A stretch of DNA of 64,000 bases from Alphaproteobacteria bacterium (GTDB taxonomy: Bacteria; Pseudomonadota; Alphaproteobacteria; MPNO01; UBA830): the NCBI GenBank assembly GCA_038131485.1, contig JAYPPO010000002.1:710908-774907 (forward strand), read 5' to 3'. The translations under genes were made by a program, and so were the position numbers. Shown piece after piece: positions 1 to 9,536 of this stretch; within the stretch, counting starts at the first letter, position 1, and the number at the start of each line of letters is the position of its first letter. Under the pieces are notes generated by a model. The model was not told where the DNA came from. It did no database searches and saw only the letters and a list, made by a program, of their open reading frames with translations.

Positions 1-493
1 GTGCGAACAGGATCTGGCCTAGTTTCCGGTTCATGGCTTTGCCGCGCGATATCTCGATCAGCAGCGTGGTCAACGGCAGCAACAGCAGGGCGTTGAAGGC
101 AATGATCGCGGTCAGCGGTCTCACGGCTGCATCGCCAAACGTGAGAACTATCAGCGGCAGGCCGAGGAGGACGGTGTTTGAGAAGCCCGCCGCCATCCCG
201 ATCAGCGAATGTTCCTCACCGGGGATCCGGAACACCGCGCGGGTAAACAGCATGGCGAGCGTCATTGAGATCAGGCAGCCGCCGAAATAGGCCGCCGCGA
301 TAAGCGGATCGACACCGTCGAAGGCCCGTCCCGAGGCCAGTTTGCCGAACAGCAGCGTCGGCAGCGCGACGTAGAACACGAACTTATTGAACGCACCGGT
401 CGATCCGGGTATCCAGACCGGGGTCCTTGCGACCCCGTAGCCGATCAGGATCAGCGCGAAGACCGGCGCGATGATGTCGAGGATGGCGGACAT
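1..493 (-). CDS. AEC family permease (auxin-efflux-carrier-like), N-terminal part; 3' end lies beyond window start
   Basis: Minus-strand translation from ATG 493-491 reads MSAILDIIAPVFALILIGYGVARTPVWIPGSTGAFNKFVFYVALPTLLFGKLA... This is a polytopic hydrophobic N-terminus of the AEC type. The frame stays open to base 1, so it is missing from the ORF track. The + ORF 33..290 is its shadow. Confidence 0.7.
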   Translation of the reverse strand, partial: MSAILDIIAPVFALILIGYGVARTPVWIPGSTGAFNKFVFYVALPTLLFGKLASGRAFDGVDPLIAAAYFGGCLISMTLAMLFTRAVFRIPGEEHSLIGMAAGFSNTVLLGLPLIVLTFGDAAVRPLTAIIAFNALLLLPLTTLLIEISRGKAMNRKLGQILFA

Positions 494-834
494 GACGGGT
501 CAGCCTGTCAGGCTTTTTCCCGTTCCGCCTTGAGCTTGCGCAGCGCTTCTTCGGCCGCCTTGGTGTCCTGAAGCGCGGACTTGCGGTCGACCGGCACCGG
601 CTCTTTCTGGTCGGCGCGGGGCAGCTTCTCGACCGGTTAGACTGCGACCTTGTCGTTTTTCATCGACGTGTCGCGGTCGAGGCAGGGGTCGCGCACGTTG
701 GCGTTTGGAAAACAGATCCAGCATCGAGTATCGAGCTTTCGTTGTTCGGCGTCGGCCCGCTTCGCCTTTTAGTCATGCAACGCCATTTTCGTCGAGGTTG
801 GCCGGCAGGGGGAGCGAACCGTAACGCGAGAAAA

Positions 835-1653
835 TCAGGGAAGGCGGACGACCTCCTGGCTGCTGCGGGACTTCTTGTCGAGGAATCGGTTGAGCGCCTC
901 CTTGAAATAAGGATGTTTGACCGACTCCATCACGTTCTGGATTTCGAACTCGGTCGCTTCCTCGATCGAACGGCGCAAGCCCATGTGGAAGCTTTCCTTC
1001 GCCATGCCCTGCAGGTGCGTCGGGCCGGCTGCGAGGTCCTTCGCGATCAGACTCGCGTTTTCCTTGAACGCTGCGTTGTCGTATACGCGGTTGACGATCT
1101 GCCAGTCGAGCGCTTCCCGCGCGTTGAGAATGCGGTTCGTGTACATCAGCTCCATCGCACGGCGGAAACCGACGATCTTGACCAGTGAATAGCTGGTGGA
1201 TGCGTCGTTCGCGAGACCGATTGAATGCCAGGCGCACAGGAACCGCGCATCCTCGTTACAGACCACCATGTCGGAACACAGCGCGACGCCGAGACCCGAG
1301 CCAGCCGCCACCCCGTTGACGGCCGAGAAGACCGGTTTCTTGATCCGGACGATCATATGGAAGACTTGGTGCCACCACATCGCGAGTTCGCGGAAATGAG
1401 CGCTGATGCTTTCTTGGCCGTCACCGACTGCCGGAATTTTCTTAAGGTTGAAGCCCGAACAGAACGCCTTGCCAACGCCGGTAAACAGCACCGCGCCGAC
1501 ATCCTCGTTGGCTTCGGCGTGGAACAGCGCGTCGAGCGTTTCCTGGACGCCGATGAGGTCCAGCGCATTACCGTATTCAGGCAGGTTAAAGATGATTTTA
1601 GCGACGCCGTCTTCGACGACATAAATGATGTTGGAATACTCGGGCTGGCTCAC
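835..1653 (-). CDS. enoyl-CoA hydratase/isomerase (crotonase fold) family protein
   Basis: 272-aa ORF with crotonase signatures AVLFTGVGKAFCSGFNLK and AVNGVAAGSGLGVALCSD. Confidence 0.85.
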   Translation of the reverse strand: MSQPEYSNIIYVVEDGVAKIIFNLPEYGNALDLIGVQETLDALFHAEANEDVGAVLFTGVGKAFCSGFNLKKIPAVGDGQESISAHFRELAMWWHQVFHMIVRIKKPVFSAVNGVAAGSGLGVALCSDMVVCNEDARFLCAWHSIGLANDASTSYSLVKIVGFRRAMELMYTNRILNAREALDWQIVNRVYDNAAFKENASLIAKDLAAGPTHLQGMAKESFHMGLRRSIEEATEFEIQNVMESVKHPYFKEALNRFLDKKSRSSQEVVRLP

Positions 1654-1729
1654 GCATTTCTCCCCGCTGATAGTCGCGTGAATCGTATCGTATGAGGCAA
1701 AACCCGTTAAGCGGTTTCGCCGTGGAGAC

Positions 1730-2164
1730 CTATACCAGAGTTTCGGCCTTCTCGATTAGTTTGCCCAAGGCGGAGAGCAGTGCCGCGCTTTCATCTTCGT
1801 CCAGCACGGACATCAACTCGTTGTAGCGAGCGTTGGCGGTCGGCGCGATCCCAGCGTAGAGCGCCTTGCCCTTGTCCGTAAGCCCCAGCCGATAGATGCG
1901 GCCGTCTTCTGGGTCCCGCGTACGGGAAACGTAGCCGTCGTTGTGCAGGCGCTGAATGGCGCGGTTGACCGACATCTTCTCGAGCGCCCAGCGATTGGTG
2001 ATCTCCGCCGCGCAGATGCCGGGTTCTGCCTCGATGGTTATCGCCACCCGCCATTCGGCGATCGAAATGCCGAACCGCGTTTCGATCTCGCCGTAGAACG
2101 CCTGCCCGATTCGGCTGGACAAGACGTGGACCAGGGAGAGCGGCTTTTCGTCGGCGATCGCCAT
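1730..2164 (-). CDS. MarR family transcriptional regulator
   Basis: 144 aa. Winged-helix MarR pattern ...MSVNRAIQRLHNDGYVSRTRDPEDGRIYRLGLTDKG... Confidence 0.85.
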   Translation of the reverse strand: MAIADEKPLSLVHVLSSRIGQAFYGEIETRFGISIAEWRVAITIEAEPGICAAEITNRWALEKMSVNRAIQRLHNDGYVSRTRDPEDGRIYRLGLTDKGKALYAGIAPTANARYNELMSVLDEDESAALLSALGKLIEKAETLV

Positions 2165-2209
2165 TATTGCGCGTTCCTGATCTGCTTCTATTGCAGGTCG
2201 GGCAGGGCG

Positions 2210-3316
2210 CTATTCCGCCGCTTCCGACTGTCCGATCGCGGCGTTGACCGCCGGGATGACCTTTTCAGCCATAAGCTCCATCGAGCGCATGCCAAGCGCC
2301 TTGTCTTCCCAGTCCTTGCCGGCATAAAGCAAAGTGCCAAAGTCGCCAGTGACTTCGCGGAAGGCGAGAATTTGGTCGACGACGCTGTTGACGTCACCTG
2401 CGATCACTAACTCATCGACGATGTAATCTAGATTCACCTTTTCGTCGGGATAGTCCCGTTCCGGCTTGAAGACGCCATGCCGACCGCCCTTCTTCAATTT
2501 TGTGTAGAGCTGGTTGTAGTAGAACCGGTACGGGCTGCGTTCGTTCGTGCGACCGTAGTCAAGCGCCGTCTTGTGGTCGTCGTTGACGAAGATCGAGCGC
2601 GCCACCCGCCAGTCGCCTGTGTCGGGCATGCGGCCTGCCTCTTCGCAGCCCTGGGCATAGTTATCCCAGTGCGTCTTGACCCACTTGGCGAGCAGGAAGT
2701 TCGCCGAGATCGGCAAGAATCCACGCTTGCCCATCTCGATCACTCCTTTAGAGAACGGCGCAACCACTGTGCCGAGGATGGGCGGGTGCGGTTTCTGGTA
2801 GGGCTTCGCGATGGGGCCCATGCCAATCTCTGGCATGCGGGTCTCGCGGGTAGTAATTTGCCAGTGTTTGCCTTTGAGGTCGTATGGTTCCTCGCCGCTC
2901 CAGATGTTGATGATATGGTCGATGGACTCGGCGAACAGCTCATTGCGGTCAACGCCCCGGATACCTATCGCCTCTGCATCGGATTCGAGCGCGCCGGGGC
3001 TGATGCCAAACAGGAACCGGCCTTCCAGCAAATGGTCCATCATTGCAGCATGAGCTGCGATGAGGACGGGATGCTGATGCGAGAGGTTCGTCGTGCCGGT
3101 CCCCAGCTTGATCTGTTTCGTGTCCGAGATCAGGCTCGCCTGGAACAGCATCGAGTTAGTGACGCTCTCGGCGGCGTCAGTCAGGTGTTCGCCGACATAG
3201 GCTTCCGAATAGCCGAGCTTATCCGCCAGGATGATCGCCTCGCGGTCCTCCTTCAGGACCTCCGTATAGTTTCGGTCGATCCGGTGGACCGGCATCGTGA
3301 AAAAGCCGATTTTCAT
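2210..3316 (-). CDS. LLM class (luciferase-like) flavin-dependent oxidoreductase
   Basis: Track ORF 2210..3442 trimmed to ATG 3316 (MKIGFFTMPVHR...), which has AGGAGA 5 nt upstream. Luciferase-like monooxygenase sequence character throughout. Confidence 0.85.
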   Translation of the reverse strand: MKIGFFTMPVHRIDRNYTEVLKEDREAIILADKLGYSEAYVGEHLTDAAESVTNSMLFQASLISDTKQIKLGTGTTNLSHQHPVLIAAHAAMMDHLLEGRFLFGISPGALESDAEAIGIRGVDRNELFAESIDHIINIWSGEEPYDLKGKHWQITTRETRMPEIGMGPIAKPYQKPHPPILGTVVAPFSKGVIEMGKRGFLPISANFLLAKWVKTHWDNYAQGCEEAGRMPDTGDWRVARSIFVNDDHKTALDYGRTNERSPYRFYYNQLYTKLKKGGRHGVFKPERDYPDEKVNLDYIVDELVIAGDVNSVVDQILAFREVTGDFGTLLYAGKDWEDKALGMRSMELMAEKVIPAVNAAIGQSEAAE

Positions 3317-3410
3317 GGGTTTCTCCTGTTCTCCGGAAGGGCAGCGTCCCCGTCCCGCGTTTTTAGAGTATGGGGCAGCCGGTGAAAACCCGCTGCAAAG
3401 TAGGGAATTG

Positions 3411-4787
3411 TCATAGTGCTTCTGCCTCGACGAGACCATCAACGGCCTTGATATAGGCCTCCATATCGAATTTCCGGTTAAGGCCGTTGGCGTTCATGTA
3501 GCGAATTTTCCCGAAGATAGGCCGTTCCGTCCAAGCGCGATCGTGCAGGCCGTAACACCAGGCTACGTTCGCCCACGAGTTGGGATCACGCCCATCCAGG
3601 AAATACCTATTGTTGAGCGCTAGTGTCGTCTCGAATGCGTCGCGGGGCGTCGGCGACCATTCTAGGATTTTCTTTGCCCAGTACATGCGCATGTAGTTGT
3701 GCATAAACCCGGTATGCACCATCTCGCGCATTGCGGCGTTCCAAAACGGATCGTGCGTGTCGCAGGCGGCAAGCGTTTCGCGGTCGTAAAGATATTCGCG
3801 CGGATCGCTGGCATGCTCGGCTAGCGTCTTCTGCGCCCATTGCGGCAGCGCATCGTATGATGCGAAGTTTGGCTCGAACTCAATGTAGTTGATTGCCAGT
3901 TCGCGGCGGACGACCAGTTCTTCGACGAAACTATCCCGGTCGTCCGCGCCGGATCGGGTCGACCGCCGCGCAGCGAGCGCCATTTCGATAGGCGATATGT
4001 GGCCGAAATGGAGGTAAGGGCTCAGGAAGGAGGTCCCGCCGTTAGCCGGTTCGTTGCGCCCTTCGGCGTATCCCGGAAGCGTTTCATTCGTGAAGTTCTT
4101 CAGACGACGCCGAGCTTCCGTCTGGCCGCCGCGAAACCGGCGGACCGGCGCGACGCTTCTGTCGACGCTGAGCGCGGCAAGCGCCTTTTCGGGATCGGAG
4201 ACGTCTAAATCGCTCTCGATACCGAATGCCGCCTCTTGCTTGGGTATCTGCTCGTCGGGCGCGACGAGGTATTCGTCCCAGTGCCGGTGGATCTTCGGCC
4301 GAATAGTACGCGCGGCGTATTCAGATTTGTCCGAGACGACGTCGACTGGGACGACGGTTTCAGTTTCCGCCTGCGCAACCGCGCAGCCAGCCTCGTCGGC
4401 GAGACGCTTGCGCCAGCGTTTCTGCTCGGGAAAATAGCTGCGGTCGCAAACCACGGCGGCGGCGTCCGGGGCGAGAGCCAGAGCGGCCTCTACGGGCGAG
4501 CCGCGGCGGACGACGAACTCAACGCCGCGTTTCGGTAATTCCGCCGCGCAGTCGGCTAAGCCTTCTAGCATGAAGGCGTAGTGTCGGGAGTTGGCCTCCG
4601 GATATTCGTCGGTCAGCCCGAACGCAGCAACGACGGGCAGCCCATACTTATTCGCGCCAGCAATGGCAAGGTCGAGAGCAGGGTTGTCGTGCGCGCGCTG
4701 CGCCTCCTGCATCCAGTAAAGGACGTAGGCGCCTCCTTTGCGCCGTGGCGTATCGTTGAGTGACCGGATGCGAGTGTTCTGAATCAC
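3411..4787 (-). CDS. class II deoxyribodipyrimidine (CPD) photolyase
   Basis: 458 aa. Contains YVLYWMQEAQRAHDNPAL, SPYLHFGHIS, THDPFWNAAMREM and MRMYWAKKILEWS...DGRDPNSWANVAW...GKIRYM, which match class II photolyases. Confidence 0.9.
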   Translation of the reverse strand: MIQNTRIRSLNDTPRRKGGAYVLYWMQEAQRAHDNPALDLAIAGANKYGLPVVAAFGLTDEYPEANSRHYAFMLEGLADCAAELPKRGVEFVVRRGSPVEAALALAPDAAAVVCDRSYFPEQKRWRKRLADEAGCAVAQAETETVVPVDVVSDKSEYAARTIRPKIHRHWDEYLVAPDEQIPKQEAAFGIESDLDVSDPEKALAALSVDRSVAPVRRFRGGQTEARRRLKNFTNETLPGYAEGRNEPANGGTSFLSPYLHFGHISPIEMALAARRSTRSGADDRDSFVEELVVRRELAINYIEFEPNFASYDALPQWAQKTLAEHASDPREYLYDRETLAACDTHDPFWNAAMREMVHTGFMHNYMRMYWAKKILEWSPTPRDAFETTLALNNRYFLDGRDPNSWANVAWCYGLHDRAWTERPIFGKIRYMNANGLNRKFDMEAYIKAVDGLVEAEAL

Positions 4788-4848
4788 GATTGCCGGTGGC
4801 CCGATTGCAAAGCCGTTAAGGCATTTACGCGGCCGGCGCCGCTACGGA

Positions 4849-6213
4849 TCATGATCCAAGCAAAAGCGTCGCGCGCAGGCCTGGGGCGTTATCCCCTAGC
4901 TGAGCGGTGCCATCATGGAGCTTGGCGACCGCGCGGACGAGGCTCAGTCCTAGCCCGCTGCCTGGCTCATTGCGGCTTGCCTCCAGCCGATGGAAGCGGC
5001 CGAACACCGCGTCCCGGTCGGCGGCGGGAATGCCAGGCCCGCTATCGGCCACCGTCATGCTTGCGGCATTTACCGAGATTGCGATCGTGCCACCCGCCGG
5101 CGTGTATTTGATAGCGTTGTCGACGAGGTTGGCGACGGCCTGGAAAAGCAGGTCGCGGTCGCCCGCGACGTTTCCAGCAAGCGTTGTATCAAGCGTAAGC
5201 GCGAGGCCCTTTTCTTCGGCGACGGGCTCATATAATTCGAAGATGTCGGCGGCGATGTCTCCGAGCCCGACGTCGGCGAAGTTCTTGCGCCTCCCGCCGG
5301 CCTCAATCTGGGCGATGCGGAGCAGGCCGCCGAACACGGACAGTAGTCCGTCTGCCTCGCCGACCGCCGCTTCCAGCGCGTCGCGACGGTCGCCCACAGG
5401 TTCGTCGCCGCGGAGGCCTTCCAGCTTGTTTCGCAGGCGGGTTAGTGGCGTCCGGAGGTCGTGAGCGACGTTGTCCGAGACGTGCCGCAAACCTTCCATC
5501 AAATGCTGAATGCGGTCGAGCATGCCGTTGAGGTTAGCGGCGAGCTGGTCGAACTCGTCGGCGCTGCCCCGCAAAGGGATGCGCCGAGACAGGTCACCCG
5601 ACATGATGTCTCGGCTGGTCTCATTAATAGCTTCGATGCGCCGCGCCGTGCTTCTACTCATCGCGACGCCGCCCGCGAGCGCCAGCGCTGCCGTGATCAG
5701 GATACCCCAGATGACCGCGTTCAGGATCATGCTGCGCGTCTGTTCCAGTTCGCGCACCTCGCGGCCGACCAGCAGCCCAAGTCCACCCTGTAGGACAAAC
5801 GGACGCGCGCGCGCGAGATGCGGCTGTCCGTCGATCGAGCCCCTGTCGACCAGTTCGAATGTCATCCAACCGTCCGCATCGGGCTGCACGCTCGGCCAGG
5901 ACGACAGGTTGCCGACCAGCCGTCTCCGAAGCTGATCCGTCAGCAGGTAGACCGTCCGGCCCCCGGGATCGCGCTGGACACGTTCCGAGATGATCATCGC
6001 GACGCCGGGCGTGCCGCGGCGTTCGTATTGTTCGGCGAGCCCTTTAATGTCGGCGAGGATGGTCTCGTCGACCTGCTGGGAGAGAACGCCCGCCGTGGCC
6101 CACCAGACGAATCCCAGCAGGACCGCCGCCGACGTGCAGAACAGCGCGGCGTAGACCAGCGTCAACCGGAATGTCGCGCTTCTAAGAAGCTGGGTCGGGC
6201 GCGCGAAGGACAT
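4849..6213 (-). CDS. sensor histidine kinase (TM-HAMP-HisKA-HATPase)
   Basis: 454 aa. N-terminal TM segments, H-box SDNVAHDLRTPLT, ATPase boxes DNAIKYTP, DSGPGIP and GSGLGLS. The start overlaps the upstream response-regulator stop by 32 nt. Confidence 0.85.
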   Translation of the reverse strand: MSFARPTQLLRSATFRLTLVYAALFCTSAAVLLGFVWWATAGVLSQQVDETILADIKGLAEQYERRGTPGVAMIISERVQRDPGGRTVYLLTDQLRRRLVGNLSSWPSVQPDADGWMTFELVDRGSIDGQPHLARARPFVLQGGLGLLVGREVRELEQTRSMILNAVIWGILITAALALAGGVAMSRSTARRIEAINETSRDIMSGDLSRRIPLRGSADEFDQLAANLNGMLDRIQHLMEGLRHVSDNVAHDLRTPLTRLRNKLEGLRGDEPVGDRRDALEAAVGEADGLLSVFGGLLRIAQIEAGGRRKNFADVGLGDIAADIFELYEPVAEEKGLALTLDTTLAGNVAGDRDLLFQAVANLVDNAIKYTPAGGTIAISVNAASMTVADSGPGIPAADRDAVFGRFHRLEASRNEPGSGLGLSLVRAVAKLHDGTAQLGDNAPGLRATLLLGS

Positions 6214-6871
6214 AGCCCGCTCCGCGGACGGTATGAATGAGGGGGGCGTCGAAGTCGCGGTCGATCTTCTGGCGCAGACGGCTGACGTGAACGTCGATGA
6301 CGTTGGTCTGCGGGTCGAAATGATAATCCCAGACGTTCTCCAGCAGCATGGTGCGGGTCACAACGTTGCCAGCATTTCGCATCAGGAATTCCAGCAGGGC
6401 AAATTCGCGCGGTTGAAGGTCGATCATCGAACCACCGCGCGTGACGTTGCGGGAGAGGAGGTCCATTTCCAAGTCTCCAACCCGTAGGGCGGTTTCGGCC
6501 CGGGCCGAACCACCGGCGCGCCGAGTTAGTGCCTCGAGCCGAGCGAGCAGCTCAGTAGCCGCGAATGGCTTCACAAGATAGTCGTCGCCTCCGGCCTTTA
6601 ACCCCTTCACCCGGTCGTCCACGTCACCGAGTGCGCTAAGGATAAGTGCCGGCGTCATGTTGTCGGAAACGCGCAGCGCGCGTATGATTGTTAGCCCGTC
6701 GGGGCCGGGCAGCATGCGGTCGACGATGAGCGCGTCGAACGCCTCGGTCGTCGCGAGGAACAGCCCGTCCTTCCCGCTGTTGGCGGCCGTCGCCACGTGA
6801 CCTGCCTCGCGAAGGGCCTTGACGATATAGGCGGCGACGTCGGCGTCGTCTTCGATGACAAGTATCCGCAT
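6182..6871 (-). CDS. OmpR/PhoB-type response regulator
   Basis: 229 aa. Receiver domain (MRILVIEDD..., LIVDRMLPG, LVKPF) plus a winged-helix output domain (VHVSRLRQKID...IHTVRGAGYVL). Confidence 0.9.
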   Translation of the reverse strand: MRILVIEDDADVAAYIVKALREAGHVATAANSGKDGLFLATTEAFDALIVDRMLPGPDGLTIIRALRVSDNMTPALILSALGDVDDRVKGLKAGGDDYLVKPFAATELLARLEALTRRAGGSARAETALRVGDLEMDLLSRNVTRGGSMIDLQPREFALLEFLMRNAGNVVTRTMLLENVWDYHFDPQTNVIDVHVSRLRQKIDRDFDAPLIHTVRGAGYVLRAPDPAS

Positions 6872-7303
6872 GACTTTAGCGGCCGCTGAGGCCTGTCCTG
6901 TTTTCTTAACCGAATAAGTATTTAGGGGGCGGAAGGAGCTGCGCGCAACAGTCTATGCGTTAAACTTTTGAAATGTGGGCTATTCGTGCAGAGGTGATCC
7001 CTCGGAGGACGAGCTGTTGGCGACCATCGCGGGGTGGATCGAAGCGGCGATGCAGGTGAAGACGCGTAAGCCGGTCGTATATCAATTGTCCGACCACGAG
7101 ATGCGGAACGCGTAGTTGATCAGCATGAAGTGGTCGAGGAAATTATACACTGGTCTTTCCGTTGTGAACCGTCTCTCGAAGCGCTTGCACGATTGAGCCT
7201 TCGATCGCCGGTTTGATGTTACAGGTGCGTTCGAACGGCGACATCGCCGTACCGCGAACAGAATGCAAGAAATTGAAACGGAAGCCTATTATAACCTCCG
7301 CTT

Positions 7304-8029
7304 ATGAACCTGACGCCCATCGATCCTACCGTCTTGCCGAAGGCGCTCGCACGCGTCGCGGACCGCCTCCCGGGGGGGATGACGGCCGCAGCCGCCTTTG
7401 CCTCGATTGCGCAAAGCGTCGACCGCGGTGGGCCCGAAGAGACGTTGGCGCGCCATTCGGATGCCCTTGCCCTCGTCGAGAGGTTCGGAATTCCGACGAT
7501 CGACGAGGCGCCAGTGGAGGCCTTCAGCTGGGACGGTGGCGCGGTACGCACGCGGAGCGAGGCGGCGGTGCTAATCCACGAGGTGGCGCACTGGCAGATT
7601 GCGCCGCCCGAGCGCCGCTTGCTGCCGGATTTCGGGCTAGGGGCCGGGCCGGAGACCGGCCGCGCCGCGGAGGCCGAGGCCGCCTGTTGCGTCGATCTCG
7701 AGGTGAAGGAAGAGGAGGAACTTCTCGCCTCGCTGCTAGGAATTCTATGGGAGGTGGAGCTCGGCCATCCTGCCATTTACTCATTCATCGAGCAGAATTG
7801 GCTGGAGGCGTGGGATCGGCGGGCGGCAGCCGAGCAGTTCGTCCGCGCTGTTGAAATGTTATTAGAGCGCGGTCTTATCGACCGAGAAGGGGTGCCAGCA
7901 CGACCCGATTGTCAGCCCGAAAATCAGGCGGGTAGGGCGGCTATCGCGGCTATTTCGATCAAGAATTCCGGCCAGGCGAGCGCCGCCACCTCGACGATGG
8001 CTGATGCGGGCCCGTCCTGCGGGAAATAG
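7304..8029 (+). CDS. hypothetical HExxH protein, possibly EpmC/YfcM-like (EF-P hydroxylase family)
   Basis: 241-aa ORF with high third-position GC. Motif IHEVAHWQIAPPERRLLPDFGLG followed by DLEVKEEEE. From memory this resembles E. coli YfcM ([23 protein letters not shown] ... DVEVKPQA). The last ~35 codons overlap ridA on the opposite strand. The SD is weak. Confidence 0.5.
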   Translation: MNLTPIDPTVLPKALARVADRLPGGMTAAAAFASIAQSVDRGGPEETLARHSDALALVERFGIPTIDEAPVEAFSWDGGAVRTRSEAAVLIHEVAHWQIAPPERRLLPDFGLGAGPETGRAAEAEAACCVDLEVKEEEELLASLLGILWEVELGHPAIYSFIEQNWLEAWDRRAAAEQFVRAVEMLLERGLIDREGVPARPDCQPENQAGRAAIAAISIKNSGQASAATSTMADAGPSCGK

Positions 8030-8328
8030 CTCTCTCGGATATCCGAAATAGAACTGAACGCGTCAATGTCCCGAACATAGACGGTGACCTGCGCGATATC
8101 GGCCATTGTCCCGCCATTAGCTTCGACGATCTCGCGGATATTCTCCAGCACCTGCGTTGCCTGCGCCCGGATATCGCCCTCGCCGACGAGCCGTCCCTCT
8201 GCATCCAGTGCGACCTGCCCGGCGACAAACAGCAGCGGTCCTGCGTTCGTCCGAATGCTGTTCGAATAGTGCGGTTTCATTGGCGGCGCGACGGAGGGCG
8301 GATTTATGCCGACGGTTTTTGAAGCCAT
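7924..8328 (-). CDS. RidA/YjgF family reactive-intermediate deaminase
   Basis: Track ORF 7924..8475 trimmed to ATG 8328 (MASKTVGINPP...). RidA-like LFVAGQVALD, VTVYVRD and a C-terminal IEIAAIA. Confidence 0.85.
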   Translation of the reverse strand: MASKTVGINPPSVAPPMKPHYSNSIRTNAGPLLFVAGQVALDAEGRLVGEGDIRAQATQVLENIREIVEANGGTMADIAQVTVYVRDIDAFSSISDIRESYFPQDGPASAIVEVAALAWPEFLIEIAAIAALPA

Positions 8329-8514
8329 GATAGTTCCCTGAGGTTTTGGTTGGTCGAAAAGCCTATTTAACGCGACCTGCGCCCGACGCGCTATTGACTC
8401 CTCATTTTGACGATCAGCATACTGCCTCTTAGGACGATATTTATTATTTTGGCGTGCGGGGAAGTCCCGTCGCACGTTTTGAACTTAGGGCGTGATTTTC
8501 AAAATGGGAGAGTA

Positions 8515-9513
8515 ATGATGGCAATTCGGAGAGTGATCGGCGCTGTGGTGGCGCTTACAGTCGGCGGTTATGCGGCCGGCGCGGTGGCGCAGACGGATAT
8601 CAAAGTAGGCTTCGCGACGATTAACGACCCGCAGCACGCGGTCGCCCAAGAAATTAAGAAACGCTTGGACGGAAAGATGGGCATCAGTGTCAGGGTCTTC
8701 CCGGCCGGTCAGGTTGGCTCAATTCCGCGAATGATTGAGGGAATTCAGTTCGGCACGCTCGAAATGTTGATTACGCCGCCTGGCTTCCTGGTTGGCATCA
8801 ACCCCAACTTCCAGGTGCCGGATGCGCCTGGCATCTTCGATGACGTGCAGCATGCGCACCGTGCGCTGAACGATCCCGAGTTCTTCGCCGCCTATTCGAA
8901 GCTGGCGGCGGCACGGGGCATCAATATGGCATCGCTTTATGTCTACGGCCCGACCTCGTTCGCGAGTAAGAAGCCGATCCGAACCCTGGCTGACCTCAAG
9001 GGCCAGAAAGTCCGCGTGCTTGCGACCAAGATGGAAAGTGCTCTTGTCGGTAAGTTCGGCGCCGCCGGCGTGCCGATGCCTTACACGGAAGTGCTGCCGG
9101 GCCTACAGCGCGGCACGATCGATGCTGTGCGCTCCAGCATCATTGTCATGGGCGGCTCAAAGTTCTTTACGGTCACTAAGTTCATCACGGTTGTAGAGAG
9201 CGGGATGATCCCGTCGGCCGTCATGGTCAGCAACGCCTGGGTCAAGAAACTCTCTGCTGACCAGCGGACGCTAGTCGAAGGGACTGTGGCTGGTATGAGC
9301 CAGTGGGCAACGGACACCGCTGAGGCTTTTGGTAAGAAGGCCGAGAAACTCTGGAGGGACAACGGCGCGGAGGTCATCCGCCTGTCCGCTACCGAGCAGA
9401 AGCAGTTTATGGATACGGTCCGGCCGCTCGGCGACGAGTTCCTTGGCGGAAACGCCAAGGTCAAGGACATGTACAACCTGCTCAAGAAGGCTGTGGCGCG
9501 TACGCGCAAATAG
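8515..9513 (+). CDS. TRAP transporter substrate-binding protein (DctP family), orphan
   Basis: Trimmed to ATG 8515 with GGGAGAG upstream. Signal peptide MMAIRRVIGAVVALTVGGYAAGAVA. DctP-type periplasmic binding protein. No DctQ or DctM genes anywhere in the window. Confidence 0.85.
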   Translation: MMAIRRVIGAVVALTVGGYAAGAVAQTDIKVGFATINDPQHAVAQEIKKRLDGKMGISVRVFPAGQVGSIPRMIEGIQFGTLEMLITPPGFLVGINPNFQVPDAPGIFDDVQHAHRALNDPEFFAAYSKLAAARGINMASLYVYGPTSFASKKPIRTLADLKGQKVRVLATKMESALVGKFGAAGVPMPYTEVLPGLQRGTIDAVRSSIIVMGGSKFFTVTKFITVVESGMIPSAVMVSNAWVKKLSADQRTLVEGTVAGMSQWATDTAEAFGKKAEKLWRDNGAEVIRLSATEQKQFMDTVRPLGDEFLGGNAKVKDMYNLLKKAVARTRK

Positions 9514-9536
9514 ACGAAGCTTCTTTGAAGATCTAA

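Noticed and set aside
33-290. 85-aa plus-strand ORF at the window start
   Set aside because: It is the shadow of the minus-strand AEC permease gene, whose translation gives a convincing membrane-protein N-terminus.
500-724. 74-aa minus-strand ORF (MLDLFSKRQRARPLPRPRH...)
   Set aside because: Arg/Pro/Gly-rich junk-like composition. A different frame of the same strand gives a more protein-like, though TAA-interrupted, sequence (see findings).
7080-7260. IS5-like transposase C-terminal fragment
   Set aside because: Similarity to the ERFF...ATRYDK...NFL tail is too weak and gapped to call by eye, and no inverted repeats are seen. It is kept only as a low-interest note.
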